A DNA stretch of 64,000 bases from Verrucomicrobiota bacterium (GCA_041167675.1 JBEEIB010000301.1:20287-84286); one strand, 5' to 3'. Counted from the stretch's first letter, positions 1 to 10,031 are shown. A program made the numbers and translations. Notes: generated by a model from the letters alone, not told the origin.

Positions 1-437
1 CGTACTCCGTGCCTGATTTGGCGGGAACACTTTGCTGCGCTTTTAAGATCGCCTCATCGAATAGACCGACGGTGAGCTTGAGATCCGGCTTTGACTGCAG
101 TTCGCGAATCCTCTTGATCGTTTGGAGCCCACCAGCCGCGTCTCCCTTCAGTTCCTGCAGGGAGAGCTTGGCCGACAGAATGGAAATCAACGTAGCGTTG
201 TCCTTGATGTCGTAGTCGGAAAAAAGTGCGTCGAGATCGGCCGCCGCCTTACTGACGGTAGAGTCGAATACGGAGTCGTCGGATTGGAGCAGAGTGCTGA
301 CGGGCCCAGTGACCGGATAGGTAGCGCGCGGGAGGTCGGCCTGGCTGTGCACCTCCTTTTTTGAGTTGGTCGGCGAGAGCGGCGCTAACAAGGAATAATC
401 CGGTGAGGCCGAGAAAAAGGAGGGTGCGATGAGGCAT
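1..437 (-). pseudogene. N-terminal part of a secreted protein resembling S8-family serine peptidases, interrupted by a +1 frameshift in a T6 run (357-362); runs off the window edge
   Basis: ATG at 437 gives a signal peptide (MPHRTLLFLGLTGLFLVSAALAD). Removing one A from the A6 run gives an open frame to the edge: QLKKEVHSQADLPRATYPVTGPVSTLLQSDD...DYDIKDNATL...IRELQSKPDLKL, which resembles the N-terminal extension of large S8 peptidases. The catalytic domain is not in the window. May be a sequencing error. Confidence 0.5.
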
Positions 438-764
438 GTGAGTTTCTAAGCGAGGAAAGGTTGATTGAAAAGGCCGAAACGGCGTGAGGGGCGTTTGGCG
501 TTGTCGTCGTTCTCCGGCATTTGGCCGCCATTTCGCGAACCGCGCGGTGGCGACTGCGCCTAATGGTGAGTTTCGCTTGATTCCTTGCGGCCAAGTATTC
601 TCGACCCGGTAGACGTTTGACTTCGGTAGGACAGTCGCCGCAACCATAGACCGTTTCGGCGTTTGGTATTCTCGGCGCTCCCGGCGAATGAAGAATCAGA
701 CTACTCTACCAGCAAGACCGTTTCGGTCTTGTGAACGTTGGAACTCTGCGCAACCGTGCGAACC

Positions 765-2231
765 ATGGCACGACCGGCAAAAAGAACCAAGATCGTTGCG
801 ACAATTGGGCCGGCGAGTGAGAGCGAAGATATGCTCGCTCGCCTGATGGAGGCCGGCATGGATGTTGTCCGGCTGAATTTCTCGCATCGTTCGGCCGAGC
901 AAGCAAAACCGCTGGTCAAGCGTGTTCGCTGCGTGGCTGATAAGTTGGGCGTTTCGGTCGGGATCCTCGGTGATTTGCGCGGCCCCCGCATCCGAGTAGG
1001 CGAGATGCAAAATGGGATGATCACTCTTAAAACCGGAAACAAGATCATTCTCTCGGCAGAACCGATCATTGGGACGGCGGAGCGCATCGCCGTCAGTTTT
1101 CGGGGACTGGCAAACGATGTCTCGCACGGAACCGTTATTTTGCTGGACGACGGCAATATCGAGCTCCAGGTAATTGGGCTACAGCCTCGGGGCGAGGTGC
1201 TCTGTGAAGTTCTCCGGGGAGGGGAACTCAAGAGCAACAAGGGGGTTAACCTGAAAAATAGGCTGGTCTCGCTCCCTTCGTTAACGACCAAAGATTATCA
1301 AGACTTGGACTTTGCCGTATCCGAGCAACTTGATTTCCTTGCTCTGTCTTTTGTGCAGTCTGCTTCCGACGTCCGTTTTCTCAAACAAGCCCTGGCAGAG
1401 CGCGGAGCGAACATTCCAGTTATCGCCAAAATCGAACGTAAGAACGCCCTCGAAGACATCGAACGCATCGTCAAGGAATGCTATGGCGTAATGGTGGCCC
1501 GTGGCGATCTCGCATTGGAAATGAGCTTCGAAGATGTTCCGATTGCGCAGAAACAGATTATTTCTGCCTGCCGGCAAGCGGGCGTGCCGGTGATCACGGC
1601 GACGCAAATGCTGGAGTCAATGACGAATTTTCATAAGCCGACGCGAGCCGAGGCAGCTGACGTAGCTAATGCTATCCTAGATGGAACCGACGCCGTCATG
1701 CTTTCCGGTGAATCGGCGGTCGGTAAGTTTCCGGTGGAAGTAGTGTCAACCATGGCGATGATCGCCGCCCGGGCGGAGCAGGCATGGTTGAATGGAGAGC
1801 TTCCCGGGTTACCGGAACTATCGCGAAATGCCGATCTCGATGCCGCCGTGGGACAAGCAACGGCAATGATCGCAAGTACCGTTTCCGCGCGCGCAATCAT
1901 TACCGCTACAACATCTGGGACTACTCCCCGGCGAGTCGCTTGTCACCGGCCCAAAATGCCGATTATCGCGCTGTGTACGTCCGAGGAGACTTGCCGCCGC
2001 ATGAGTTTGACCTGGGGTGTTGAACCGGCGCTCGTTCCCATAATAACGAGCACTGCTCATCTGGTACGATTGAGTGCTGAGGCGGCAACGAAAATCCTGA
2101 AAGCGCAACCGGACGACGTTTTGGCGATCGCGGCCGGTACTCCGTACAATGTCACGGGAAAGACGAACCTAATCAAAGTCGAAGTGGTCGCCGATGGGCT
2201 GAAGGCGGAGGCTCAAGCCTTCGGAGAGTAG
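765..2231 (+). CDS. pyk: Pyruvate kinase
   Basis: KRTKIVATIGPAS, RLNFSH, DLRGPRIR, IAKIE, GVMVARGDL, ATQMLESM, PTRAE..DVANAILDGTDAVMLSGESA; ATG at 765 preferred over TTG 738. Confidence 0.97.
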   Translation: MARPAKRTKIVATIGPASESEDMLARLMEAGMDVVRLNFSHRSAEQAKPLVKRVRCVADKLGVSVGILGDLRGPRIRVGEMQNGMITLKTGNKIILSAEPIIGTAERIAVSFRGLANDVSHGTVILLDDGNIELQVIGLQPRGEVLCEVLRGGELKSNKGVNLKNRLVSLPSLTTKDYQDLDFAVSEQLDFLALSFVQSASDVRFLKQALAERGANIPVIAKIERKNALEDIERIVKECYGVMVARGDLALEMSFEDVPIAQKQIISACRQAGVPVITATQMLESMTNFHKPTRAEAADVANAILDGTDAVMLSGESAVGKFPVEVVSTMAMIAARAEQAWLNGELPGLPELSRNADLDAAVGQATAMIASTVSARAIITATTSGTTPRRVACHRPKMPIIALCTSEETCRRMSLTWGVEPALVPIITSTAHLVRLSAEAATKILKAQPDDVLAIAAGTPYNVTGKTNLIKVEVVADGLKAEAQAFGE

Positions 2232-2242
2232 GCGAGTTTGTC

Positions 2243-3142
2243 TTAGAGCTGCTCGATCCGATAACCGCGCTGACGGAGCGTTTCGATCAGACCGTGGTTA
2301 CCGACCAAATGGCCCGCGCCGACGATAACCAGGCAGTTGAAATTTTCGCGGGTTAGTCGCTCAATTTGAGGCAGCCATCGTGCGTTTCGCTTTGCGAACA
2401 TCCGATAAAACATTTCTGGATCATTGCTCTCATCCTGATTCAAGAATCGATCTAAGACGTCGACTTGACCGTTTCGCCACGCCTCCACCATTTCGGTCAA
2501 TGCGATTTTGTACTCGGGCAAGCTGCCAATAGTGAAAAGTAGCTGTTGCTCGCCCTTCTTTTCGTTCTGCAGCAGGACGTTTGCTTGGTCGCTAACGGTC
2601 TCGAGACCGAAGATCGGCTTATTAAGGGCCTTGGCTCGATGATAAAAGTAAATATCGACTCCAAGATCCTCCCGAAATCCAGCCAATTCAGTGTAACGGA
2701 GGGTTAAAAGTTCGGCCAACAAACTTGGTTTGAATCTCTTCGCTTTTTCATAGGAAATTCCCAATTGAGCGCAGGCCAGCTTCACGATCTGCAATGTGAG
2801 CGGAGAGACGTGGCGTGACAGATCGTCTCCTCGAGGATAAGTCCCAATTTCGCTGAACGCCTGGCGGACCTGGCCATTGGTCGCTCGGCCAATATCGACT
2901 TCAAAGGCCACCTGTTGCGAATCAGCGAAAGCACGTTCCAACGCCGGGTGAAGCGGATAAACGTTTTTCGGCAAGACGTGAACCGATCCGAGAAGGTAGA
3001 CGACGTTATGCTCTCCTCGAATCCGCCAAAGGGCACTCTTGCTTTTGCTGAAGCTGCCAAGATTAGAACAACCAGCCAGAAAAACGATCAGTCCGAGAAG
3101 AGCGACGGTACATCGACGTTCAACTTGCGGACGGATCTTCAT
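2243..3142 (-). CDS. TraB/GumN (TIKI-like) family lipoprotein
   Basis: Lipobox LAGC, LWRI...YLLGSVH, GVD, GLET...Q, RNARW, VGAGHLVG...L..LR.RGY.IEQL. Confidence 0.9.
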   Translation of the reverse strand: MKIRPQVERRCTVALLGLIVFLAGCSNLGSFSKSKSALWRIRGEHNVVYLLGSVHVLPKNVYPLHPALERAFADSQQVAFEVDIGRATNGQVRQAFSEIGTYPRGDDLSRHVSPLTLQIVKLACAQLGISYEKAKRFKPSLLAELLTLRYTELAGFREDLGVDIYFYHRAKALNKPIFGLETVSDQANVLLQNEKKGEQQLLFTIGSLPEYKIALTEMVEAWRNGQVDVLDRFLNQDESNDPEMFYRMFAKRNARWLPQIERLTRENFNCLVIVGAGHLVGNHGLIETLRQRGYRIEQL

Positions 3143-3995
3143 TGGGCTCTCGCACAGCTGGTGGCGGTTCGTTGCGCCTTTCTGAAACGGTTAATTTCTT
3201 TCCGACAATACCCATTACCCCGTCAAAGGCTTCTTCGGAGATTCCGTGTGACACTTTGACGCGAAAGCGTTCCCAAAGAAATTCTTCCATTCGCATCCAT
3301 TTACCGCGGTAGTTAACGCGCTGCGTCCAAGCGCAGACCGTGATGATGTTTTGCAGTAATTGAATACGCAGAAATAAGATACCTGCACCGACGATCAGCA
3401 CGGTACTCATCAGTAACAGAGCGGTTGAAATATTTTCCCTCAGATCGAGCTTTTTCTCACTGGTCAACGTGCGTTCAGCCAGCAGTTTGTCCTCGGTTGC
3501 CCGCATCTCTAGAATTTGTCGGCGAGCGGTCACCATCTGATCCCAAGCATTGGAATTCACGAGAGCACTGGCCCCTCTTTCGTTGCCGGCGGCGCGCAAT
3601 TCCATGCCTTGCGTCAGCTCCGCCAATTTGGCCTGCAGTGTTGCTTGAAGGTCGTCGGCCAGTTTCTCCTGCGCTGGATTATCCGCGACCAAGAGGCGAA
3701 GAAGGGAACTCTCAAGGAGCAGATTCGCTCGGGTAAGAACGTACACCCCCACGTATTCCGGCCGTCCGCTCAGCGCGTAGCCGCGCTCGGTGCTTTGAGC
3801 TCGATAGAGTGAAGTCTCAACAGTGGAGAGTTTCTCGCGTACTAGGTACGAGTGGCGGACCCAGAGAAGCGCCGTGTTTTGTTGGTTTCGGATCTGTCGC
3901 GAAATATAAAAGAATATGCCTGAAATCAGCAGCGGCACCAAGACAACAACCAGCAGCAGGTATTGCCGGTTGTGCTGGAGGAAGCTGCTTTTCAT
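3120..3995 (-). CDS. CHASE3-domain membrane sensor with a short C-terminal CAW...SHGI domain, no kinase
   Basis: TM helix, WVRHSY.V...L......AQSTERGYALSG...Y, LVADNPAQ (CHASE3), second TM, then TVCAWTQRV...W...EEFL......VSHGIS. Confidence 0.8.
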   Translation of the reverse strand: MKSSFLQHNRQYLLLVVVLVPLLISGIFFYISRQIRNQQNTALLWVRHSYLVREKLSTVETSLYRAQSTERGYALSGRPEYVGVYVLTRANLLLESSLLRLLVADNPAQEKLADDLQATLQAKLAELTQGMELRAAGNERGASALVNSNAWDQMVTARRQILEMRATEDKLLAERTLTSEKKLDLRENISTALLLMSTVLIVGAGILFLRIQLLQNIITVCAWTQRVNYRGKWMRMEEFLWERFRVKVSHGISEEAFDGVMGIVGKKLTVSERRNEPPPAVREPNEDPSAS

Positions 3996-4203
3996 CCTAC
4001 GTCTACTGCGTTAAATCCACAATCCACGGGCCATTTGGTATATTGCGGGCTGATGCATATTCTGCCGCGAATTGCGAACATTTGTACAGGCGTAATAGAA
4101 AATCATCGGGTAAAGGACAAAAAAAGTTTATATCTTGTTCGAAACAAAAATGCGGCACGGACCGGTAAATCGCGTACCGTGCGTGGACGGTTGAGGATCA
4201 TTC

Positions 4204-4881
4204 ATGCAGACCGAAAAGATTGAGGCGAACGCGCTTCCGGCCCAGTATCGGTCGCGCTATCGCGGAAGGCCGATGCTGATCGCTGGAGCCGTGGTCCTGA
4301 TATTGTTGCTGTTGTTGGCGGGTGGCTCGATCTACTATTTCGGCAAGCGGGAAATCTCGGCTACGGGTGGGTTGTATTTTTTTTCTCGGGCGGAGCTGAA
4401 TGTGCCGAGATTCGCACAAGCGGATCCTCGGTGGGCGGACGACTCACTCGGCTCAACCGATTCGACAATTGGCGGCGAAGGTTGCGCCGTGAGCTCTGCA
4501 GCCATGGTGCTTGCTTATTACGGAGTTAACGTCGACCCCGGAATACTTAATACCTTTCTGACTAACAATGACGGGTACACGCCCCAAGGCTGGCTTTATT
4601 GGGAAAAGGCGGCGGCTTTCGTTCCGGGAAAGGCCAAACACGTTTACGAAGATGCCCCTTCTTACTATCTAATCGATAGCAACCTGCTGCAAGGGAATCC
4701 AGTCATTATTCGGATTCGCCTAAGGTCCGGCATTACCCATTTTGTGGTGATCGTTGGAAAACGAGGGTTCCATTATTTGATCCAGGATCCGGGATCAAGC
4801 GGAGACAGTGGTATTTATCCTTTATACCGCCTGGTAGCAAAGATTGAGGCACTACGTTTCTACGAAAAATTAGGCGATTAG
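4204..4881 (+). CDS. Membrane-anchored peptidase C39-like family protein
   Basis: N-terminal TM; FAQADPRW, GCAVSSAAMV (Cys), HFVVIVG (His), IQDP (Asp). Confidence 0.8.
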   Translation: MQTEKIEANALPAQYRSRYRGRPMLIAGAVVLILLLLLAGGSIYYFGKREISATGGLYFFSRAELNVPRFAQADPRWADDSLGSTDSTIGGEGCAVSSAAMVLAYYGVNVDPGILNTFLTNNDGYTPQGWLYWEKAAAFVPGKAKHVYEDAPSYYLIDSNLLQGNPVIIRIRLRSGITHFVVIVGKRGFHYLIQDPGSSGDSGIYPLYRLVAKIEALRFYEKLGD

Positions 4882-4897
4882 CTGAGCGGCGAATATT

Positions 4898-5516
4898 CTA
4901 CCTGGCCCCAGAACCACCGAATACCGCTGGAGGTGTTAGAACGAGAATTTGGAAGTCGAGCCAAATCGACCAATTATCAATGTAGTCCAGGTCAAGCTTG
5001 ACCCAGGTTTCGAAGTCGCTGACTTCATTTCTTCCGAGAGATCTGCCATAGGCAGGTGATTCCCGGTTTTACGCTCAGGCGCCGTTGCTAGGCAGGATTA
5101 GCAAAATTTTCCACTTCATAAGTGGGCAGCGGGCGTGGCCCGACCAAGCTCATCTGGCCTCCGAGAATATTAAAAAGCTGCGGTAGCTCATCGATGCTGT
5201 ACCGGCGCAACCATCTCCCCAGCGGTGTAATTCTGGGATCATCATCCAGCTTAAAGACCGGACCGCTCATCTGATTATATTCTTCCGAGCTAGTCCGCGC
5301 ACTCCACCGGCATTCGGTCGGCCGCGTCATTTTCCTAACTTCCCGGACTGAGCTAAGTCGAGTGGAGGAAGCAATTGGCTCAATTTCAGGAACAACCGGG
5401 AAGCTCTCTCCAATGAACCATCGGATACTATGAGTGGCCCACAATGAGAGCACCAGGAGTACGGCATCAATAACCGGATTAAGCTGCAGATCGATTTCTT
5501 GCTTGCGCCCAAGCAG
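4898..5516 (-). pseudogene. Degraded exopolysaccharide priming sugar transferase (WcaJ/WbaP, Bac_transf family)
   Basis: C-terminal motifs [49 protein letters not shown], in-frame TAG at 5088-5090, RRLSVKPGITCLWQI, frameshift near 5036, GRNEVSDFETWVKLDLDYIDNWSIWLDFQIL; N-terminal remnant [12 protein letters not shown] starts at CTG 5516; most of the middle is deleted. Confidence 0.88.
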
Positions 5517-5561
5517 GCGAGGTTGCCTATTCCTTGATTTTCCAGTCGACGGCCAAAGTTC

Positions 5562-6272
5562 ATGGAGACCAAATTCGAACCAATAGATGTGCTCGAACGC
5601 AAGCCCTGGATTGTAGGAGTGGTGGCATCCCGAGCAGACTGGGAGTTGGTGACGCAGTCTGATTTTTCGGAGCTCGATTTGTGCGAGCTGCGTATGGACC
5701 TCCTAATCACGGAACAAATCCAACAGAATGAGTACTTAAAGCCTTTGCGGTTGCCAAAAATTCTGACAATCCGCGATCCTCGGGAGGGCGGGAAGGAAGG
5801 TCTGAACGAAAACGAGCGCTTGAGACTCTTTGAAGAATTTCTCCCTCATGTGGATTACATCGACATTGAATTACGGAACATTAGTCTTTATGCCGACGTG
5901 ATCGCCGCTGCGCGCGCTTCAGCGAAACAGTTGATTGTCTCAGTTCACGATTTTGCAAAAACGCCGGCGCTAGAACAGATGGAACGATGGGCAAACGAAA
6001 CCGAAACGCGATATCCGGGCGCGATCTTTAAAATTTCCACGAAATTGAGCCGTTGGGACGAAATGGTTCGACTCGGCAATTTTCTTGCTAACCGATCCCG
6101 AATCAGAGTAGCAGCGATGGGGATGGGACCATTGGGCAAAATTTCTCGGCTGCTTTTCGCCTGTCTGGGTTCGGAGCTGATCTACGCTGCTTGCAGCGAG
6201 GCGGTGGTGCCCGGTCAATGGGATTTTCGGACGTTGCGTTCGATTCTTTCGCAAATTCTCGAAGGTAATTGA
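5562..6272 (+). CDS. aroD: Type I 3-dehydroquinate dehydratase
   Basis: [37 protein letters not shown] (Schiff-base Lys), [14 protein letters not shown]. Confidence 0.92.
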   Translation: METKFEPIDVLERKPWIVGVVASRADWELVTQSDFSELDLCELRMDLLITEQIQQNEYLKPLRLPKILTIRDPREGGKEGLNENERLRLFEEFLPHVDYIDIELRNISLYADVIAAARASAKQLIVSVHDFAKTPALEQMERWANETETRYPGAIFKISTKLSRWDEMVRLGNFLANRSRIRVAAMGMGPLGKISRLLFACLGSELIYAACSEAVVPGQWDFRTLRSILSQILEGN

Positions 6273-7174
6273 TTTCGATTTCTGAGCGGTCGGAAGTCGG
6301 AGCCCAATGGTCGGACCTTCGTGCTTATTATTCCAATAATGCGAACCTAATGCTGTTAAGACGCATGTTCTGCTCTCTCATCTCAGTCTGCGGATCGGCT
6401 CCAACGATCGCTCTTTCGCTGACTGCCCTTTTTCTTGGGATGTCGAATTTATTACGCGCGGACGAGCCGCTCGCTCCCACGATCATGCTCCCCCTGCAGC
6501 GTGGCCCATTTGGAACACACCATTTTGTGCCGACGGGAGCTGCACGTGCGCTCGTGCTTTTTGGTTCAGGAGATGGAGGTTGGGGTCATTTGGAAAACCG
6601 GGTTTGTTCTATTCTGGCGAGCCAAGGCATCTACACCGTGGGGATCGACTTTAGTAACTATGCTGAAGCTGACTATGACGCGGGGACGTTGGCCTTGGAT
6701 TTTGCTACGGTAACTCAGAATGCATTGGCTCGAAGCAAAAATCCTGATCTTCCGGTGATTTATGGCGGTTGGTCGATGGGCGCAGTCCAGGCGGTAGCGG
6801 CCGCCGGAGGCGAAAACCGGCCGCAGAATCTGGTCGGCCTCCTGTTGCTAAGCATGGATAAGCGGGGCCGCTACGGTTTGCGCTTACCCGAAAGAGTGGG
6901 GCTTGAGCCAGAGGGAGAGGGTACCTTTGGGGTCGCAGATTTCACCGCGGGGGTGGCAAATCTTCGGGTGGTCCAGTTTGCTGCAGCTGACGATTGGATG
7001 AACAATACGGATTGGATAAGGGGTCTCCCATCTCCGCATCGATTATTCGAGCTGGAGAATTCAAACCATGACTTCAATGGAGCTGATCAGACGTTTGAAA
7101 ATGAACTGCTCGACGGCATCAATTGGATTCTAGATCCAGCGAAATCGGGCGGCGATCGAACGACGAGCGACTAG
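6269..7174 (+). CDS. AcvB/VirJ-family alpha/beta hydrolase (lysyl-phosphatidylglycerol hydrolase-like); start may be ATG 6350 or 6366
   Basis: SGDGGW, VGID, GWSMGA nucleophile elbow, NHDF; adjacent to a DUF2156 gene like lpiA/acvB pairs. Confidence 0.82.
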   Translation: MISISERSEVGAQWSDLRAYYSNNANLMLLRRMFCSLISVCGSAPTIALSLTALFLGMSNLLRADEPLAPTIMLPLQRGPFGTHHFVPTGAARALVLFGSGDGGWGHLENRVCSILASQGIYTVGIDFSNYAEADYDAGTLALDFATVTQNALARSKNPDLPVIYGGWSMGAVQAVAAAGGENRPQNLVGLLLLSMDKRGRYGLRLPERVGLEPEGEGTFGVADFTAGVANLRVVQFAAADDWMNNTDWIRGLPSPHRLFELENSNHDFNGADQTFENELLDGINWILDPAKSGGDRTTSD

Positions 7175-7205
7175 CGCCCACAGCAATCTTCATTGACGAT
7201 TCGAA

Positions 7206-8900
7206 GTGAAACCGAGCAAGGAATCCCAGGCAGAATTTCGTCGCACGCAACGCTGGGTCCACTTGGTTGCGTGGTTCGTAGCGACCGTTGGGTTGATCGG
7301 TATTTTCGAGGCGTTTCTTCCGAAGGAACCGAGTGTATTCGAATGGTTGGAACAATTCCTTCCGATCGATCTCTCCGAGTACGGTCGGATCGGGATGTAC
7401 CTAAGTGGTTTTTGCTTGCTCGGAATCGCTCGCGGCCTTTGGCGCAGGAAACAAGCCGCTTGGTGGATTGCCGTTGTACTGCTGTCTTTGACGGCAGTCC
7501 TGCAACTGGCTCGCGGACCGGATTTTCACCACGCGATTCCCACCGCGTTGATCTTAGGACTCCTGATTTGGCGATGTCGAGATTACATAGCCGAATCGGA
7601 TCGCGGTTCGATTCGCTGGGCATTCATCATTGGTATACCGCTGTTTATCGCGGTCTTTGCTTACGCCGTTTTTGGTCTCACCCATCTCCGGGGCCAGGTC
7701 ACCGGGCGCGGACATATCGCCGGCGCGGTGCAGACGGCCCTTGAGCTTATTTTTCTGCAATCGACCGACTCGGAAATCGCGACTACTCCGCGGGCTACGA
7801 ATTTTTTCATCCAAGTTAGTGCCGGCGGAATGTTTTGTGGTCTCATCATGGTCGTGCTTTTGCTGCGTCCGGTTTTTGAGCAAAGGGCCACTTCCAGTAC
7901 AAGTCTTGCTCGGGTTCGAAAGATTATCGACGATTATGGCTGCGATCCGCTCGATGAATTCGCTCTCCTGCCGGACAAACAGTTCTTTTTCGCATCCAAC
8001 GATCGCTCCTTTTTTGCGTATGCGCTCTGGCGAAATTTTGCGGTCTGCCTGGTCGGGCCGGTCGGTCCCGCGGAAGACTGGCTATCCGCCACCCGGGATT
8101 TCGTGCGGTTCTGCGCGGCCCAGGACTGGCAACCCGTATTTTATTTCGCGCGTTCAGAACTGCGACCAATTCTAAGCCAATGCGGCTTGAAAAGTTTCAA
8201 GGTTGGGGAGGATGCACGCCTAAGCATCACTGATTTCAATCTGAAGGGAAGCAAGTTCCAGAACCTACGGACTGCCTGTAACAAGGCTCGGAAAGAAGGC
8301 AAAGAGCTCCGCTGGTATCAACCGGGGGATGGACCCTTCGACTATGGACTTGAGGCTCAACTCAAGATCATTTCAGATGAGTGGTTGCGAGCAAAACAAG
8401 GAACGGAGATGGCTTTTGACCTTGGGCTGTTCAATCTACAGCAGATCCGAAAGCGTGGCGTAGCCACAATTTTTGATGCACACTCCAAATTGGAAGCTTT
8501 TGCCACTTGGCTACCATACAAGCAAGGTACCGGACGCAGTTTGGACCTGATGCGCAGCCATTCATCAGCGAAAGGTATAATGGATTTTTTGATTGTGGAA
8601 TCGATCGATCATTTTCGAGAGCACGAGGTGGAAGAGGTAAGCCTGGGGAATGCTCCCTTGGCTAATGTCGAACCGAATCGACAACTTTACGGAAGAGAAG
8701 AAAAGGCGGTAAAGTTTTTGTTCGAAAAATTCAACCGCTACTACGGCTACAAGTCTTTGTTCGAATTCAAGAAGAAATACCAACCGATCTGGCAAGGACG
8801 ATTTCTTGGATTTCGACCGAATGTGAATCTGCTTTTGGTCGCGCTGGCGCTGGTGAGAGTTCATTTGCCGCAAGGCCTTATCCGAATATTACGATCATGA
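7206..8900 (+). CDS. Aminoacyl-phosphatidylglycerol synthase (MprF/LpiA-like, DUF2156 C-terminal domain)
   Basis: Several TM helices, ARGLWRRKQAAW, GPVG, KVGEDA, F.L.GSKFQNLR, SDEWL, LDLMR, MDFL, SLGNAPL, YGYKSLFEFKKKYQPIW. Confidence 0.9.
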   Translation: MKPSKESQAEFRRTQRWVHLVAWFVATVGLIGIFEAFLPKEPSVFEWLEQFLPIDLSEYGRIGMYLSGFCLLGIARGLWRRKQAAWWIAVVLLSLTAVLQLARGPDFHHAIPTALILGLLIWRCRDYIAESDRGSIRWAFIIGIPLFIAVFAYAVFGLTHLRGQVTGRGHIAGAVQTALELIFLQSTDSEIATTPRATNFFIQVSAGGMFCGLIMVVLLLRPVFEQRATSSTSLARVRKIIDDYGCDPLDEFALLPDKQFFFASNDRSFFAYALWRNFAVCLVGPVGPAEDWLSATRDFVRFCAAQDWQPVFYFARSELRPILSQCGLKSFKVGEDARLSITDFNLKGSKFQNLRTACNKARKEGKELRWYQPGDGPFDYGLEAQLKIISDEWLRAKQGTEMAFDLGLFNLQQIRKRGVATIFDAHSKLEAFATWLPYKQGTGRSLDLMRSHSSAKGIMDFLIVESIDHFREHEVEEVSLGNAPLANVEPNRQLYGREEKAVKFLFEKFNRYYGYKSLFEFKKKYQPIWQGRFLGFRPNVNLLLVALALVRVHLPQGLIRILRS

Positions 8901-9583
8901 TTGCTCAGTACGCCCGCTGGTTTTTCGAACGATTCAAACGATCGTGTACCCGTTCTTTGTCTGGGATGGTTCTGCTCAATTTCGGTGGTTTCGGTCTTTT
9001 CCTATTCTTTTGCTATTGGTGGGTTTCTCGCGCCGGCGGCTTTCCGTTGTTCGATTCCGTTGAGCAAATTCCGGCCAATGAAGTCGCTCTCGTCCTTGGA
9101 ACCGCGCCAGTGCTGGTGAGTGGACTTCCGAATCGCTACTTCGTTTCTCGAATCAATGCCGCAGCTGCGTTGTTTCATGCAGGCAAAGCTAAGGTGCTGC
9201 TCCTTAGTGGAAATTGCCGTGACGATGGGTACAATGAGCCGGCGGCAATGCGTGAAGCCCTGACGGTTCGAGGTGTCCCGAACGAAGTCTTGCTGGAAGA
9301 TCCAGCGGGCATCCGAACGTTGGATTCAGTGGCCCGCGCGAAATCGGTCTTCGGGCTCGATCGATTAACTGTGATTTCACAGGAATTTCACAACCGGCGC
9401 GCCCTATTCTTTTGCAAGCATTTTCAAATCGATGGAATAGCGCTCAATGCGGATCCCGCTGTGCACCGCAGCTGGCGTTTGACTTGTCGAGAATTTGCAG
9501 CTAGAGCGGTCGCAGTTCTGCATGTTTGTGCGAAGTCGGTCCCAAGTAGCCGAGAAAGCGATGTCGCGGGTATAGCGAGATGA
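8897..9583 (+). CDS. sanA: SanA/ElyC (DUF218) family envelope protein
   Basis: ALVLGT, NRYF..RINAAA.L, LLSG....YNEP..M, GVP, DPAGIRTLDSVARA, ISQEFHNRRA, REF.AR. Confidence 0.85.
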   Translation: MIAQYARWFFERFKRSCTRSLSGMVLLNFGGFGLFLFFCYWWVSRAGGFPLFDSVEQIPANEVALVLGTAPVLVSGLPNRYFVSRINAAAALFHAGKAKVLLLSGNCRDDGYNEPAAMREALTVRGVPNEVLLEDPAGIRTLDSVARAKSVFGLDRLTVISQEFHNRRALFFCKHFQIDGIALNADPAVHRSWRLTCREFAARAVAVLHVCAKSVPSSRESDVAGIAR

Positions 9584-9614
9584 CAGCGCGAGTTTAGCAG
9601 ATAGGATCATTATT

Positions 9615-9980
9615 GTGCACATTTCTCTCCTTAAATCGAAAATCCATCGCGCTACGGTGACAGGAGCCAACGTGAACTATGAAGGCAGTATCACGATTTC
9701 GGCCGATCTCGCAGACGAAGCTGGCCTGGAAGAGTATGAACGCATCTTGGCTGGTAACATCACCAATGGTGAGCGATTTGAAACCTACGTGATCTTTGGT
9801 GCCAGGCGGCGCGGTTTGGTCGAGTTAAATGGCGCAACTGCCCATCTGGGGAAACCCGGTGATGTCCTTACGATTATGAGTTTCGGCTGGTACGATGTTG
9901 AAGAAGCAGCAAGTCATCAGCCTAATGTAGTTCTGCTCGGTGCCAACAATAGTGTGATTCGTCAGATTGCGGCGGTTTGA
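9615..9980 (+). CDS. panD: Aspartate 1-decarboxylase
   Basis: KSKIHRATVT, NYEG/SITI autocleavage site, NGERFETYVI, LNGATAH. Confidence 0.96.
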   Translation: MHISLLKSKIHRATVTGANVNYEGSITISADLADEAGLEEYERILAGNITNGERFETYVIFGARRRGLVELNGATAHLGKPGDVLTIMSFGWYDVEEAASHQPNVVLLGANNSVIRQIAAV

Positions 9981-10031
9981 ACGGACCGGGTATCGGTCTG
10001 TCAAATCTACGTCGAGCACGCCTGGGCCGGA

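Noticed and set aside
4204-4881. C39-like peptidase as maturation enzyme for the repeat peptide
   Set aside because: 20 kb away, no ABC transporter fusion and no double-glycine leader on the peptide
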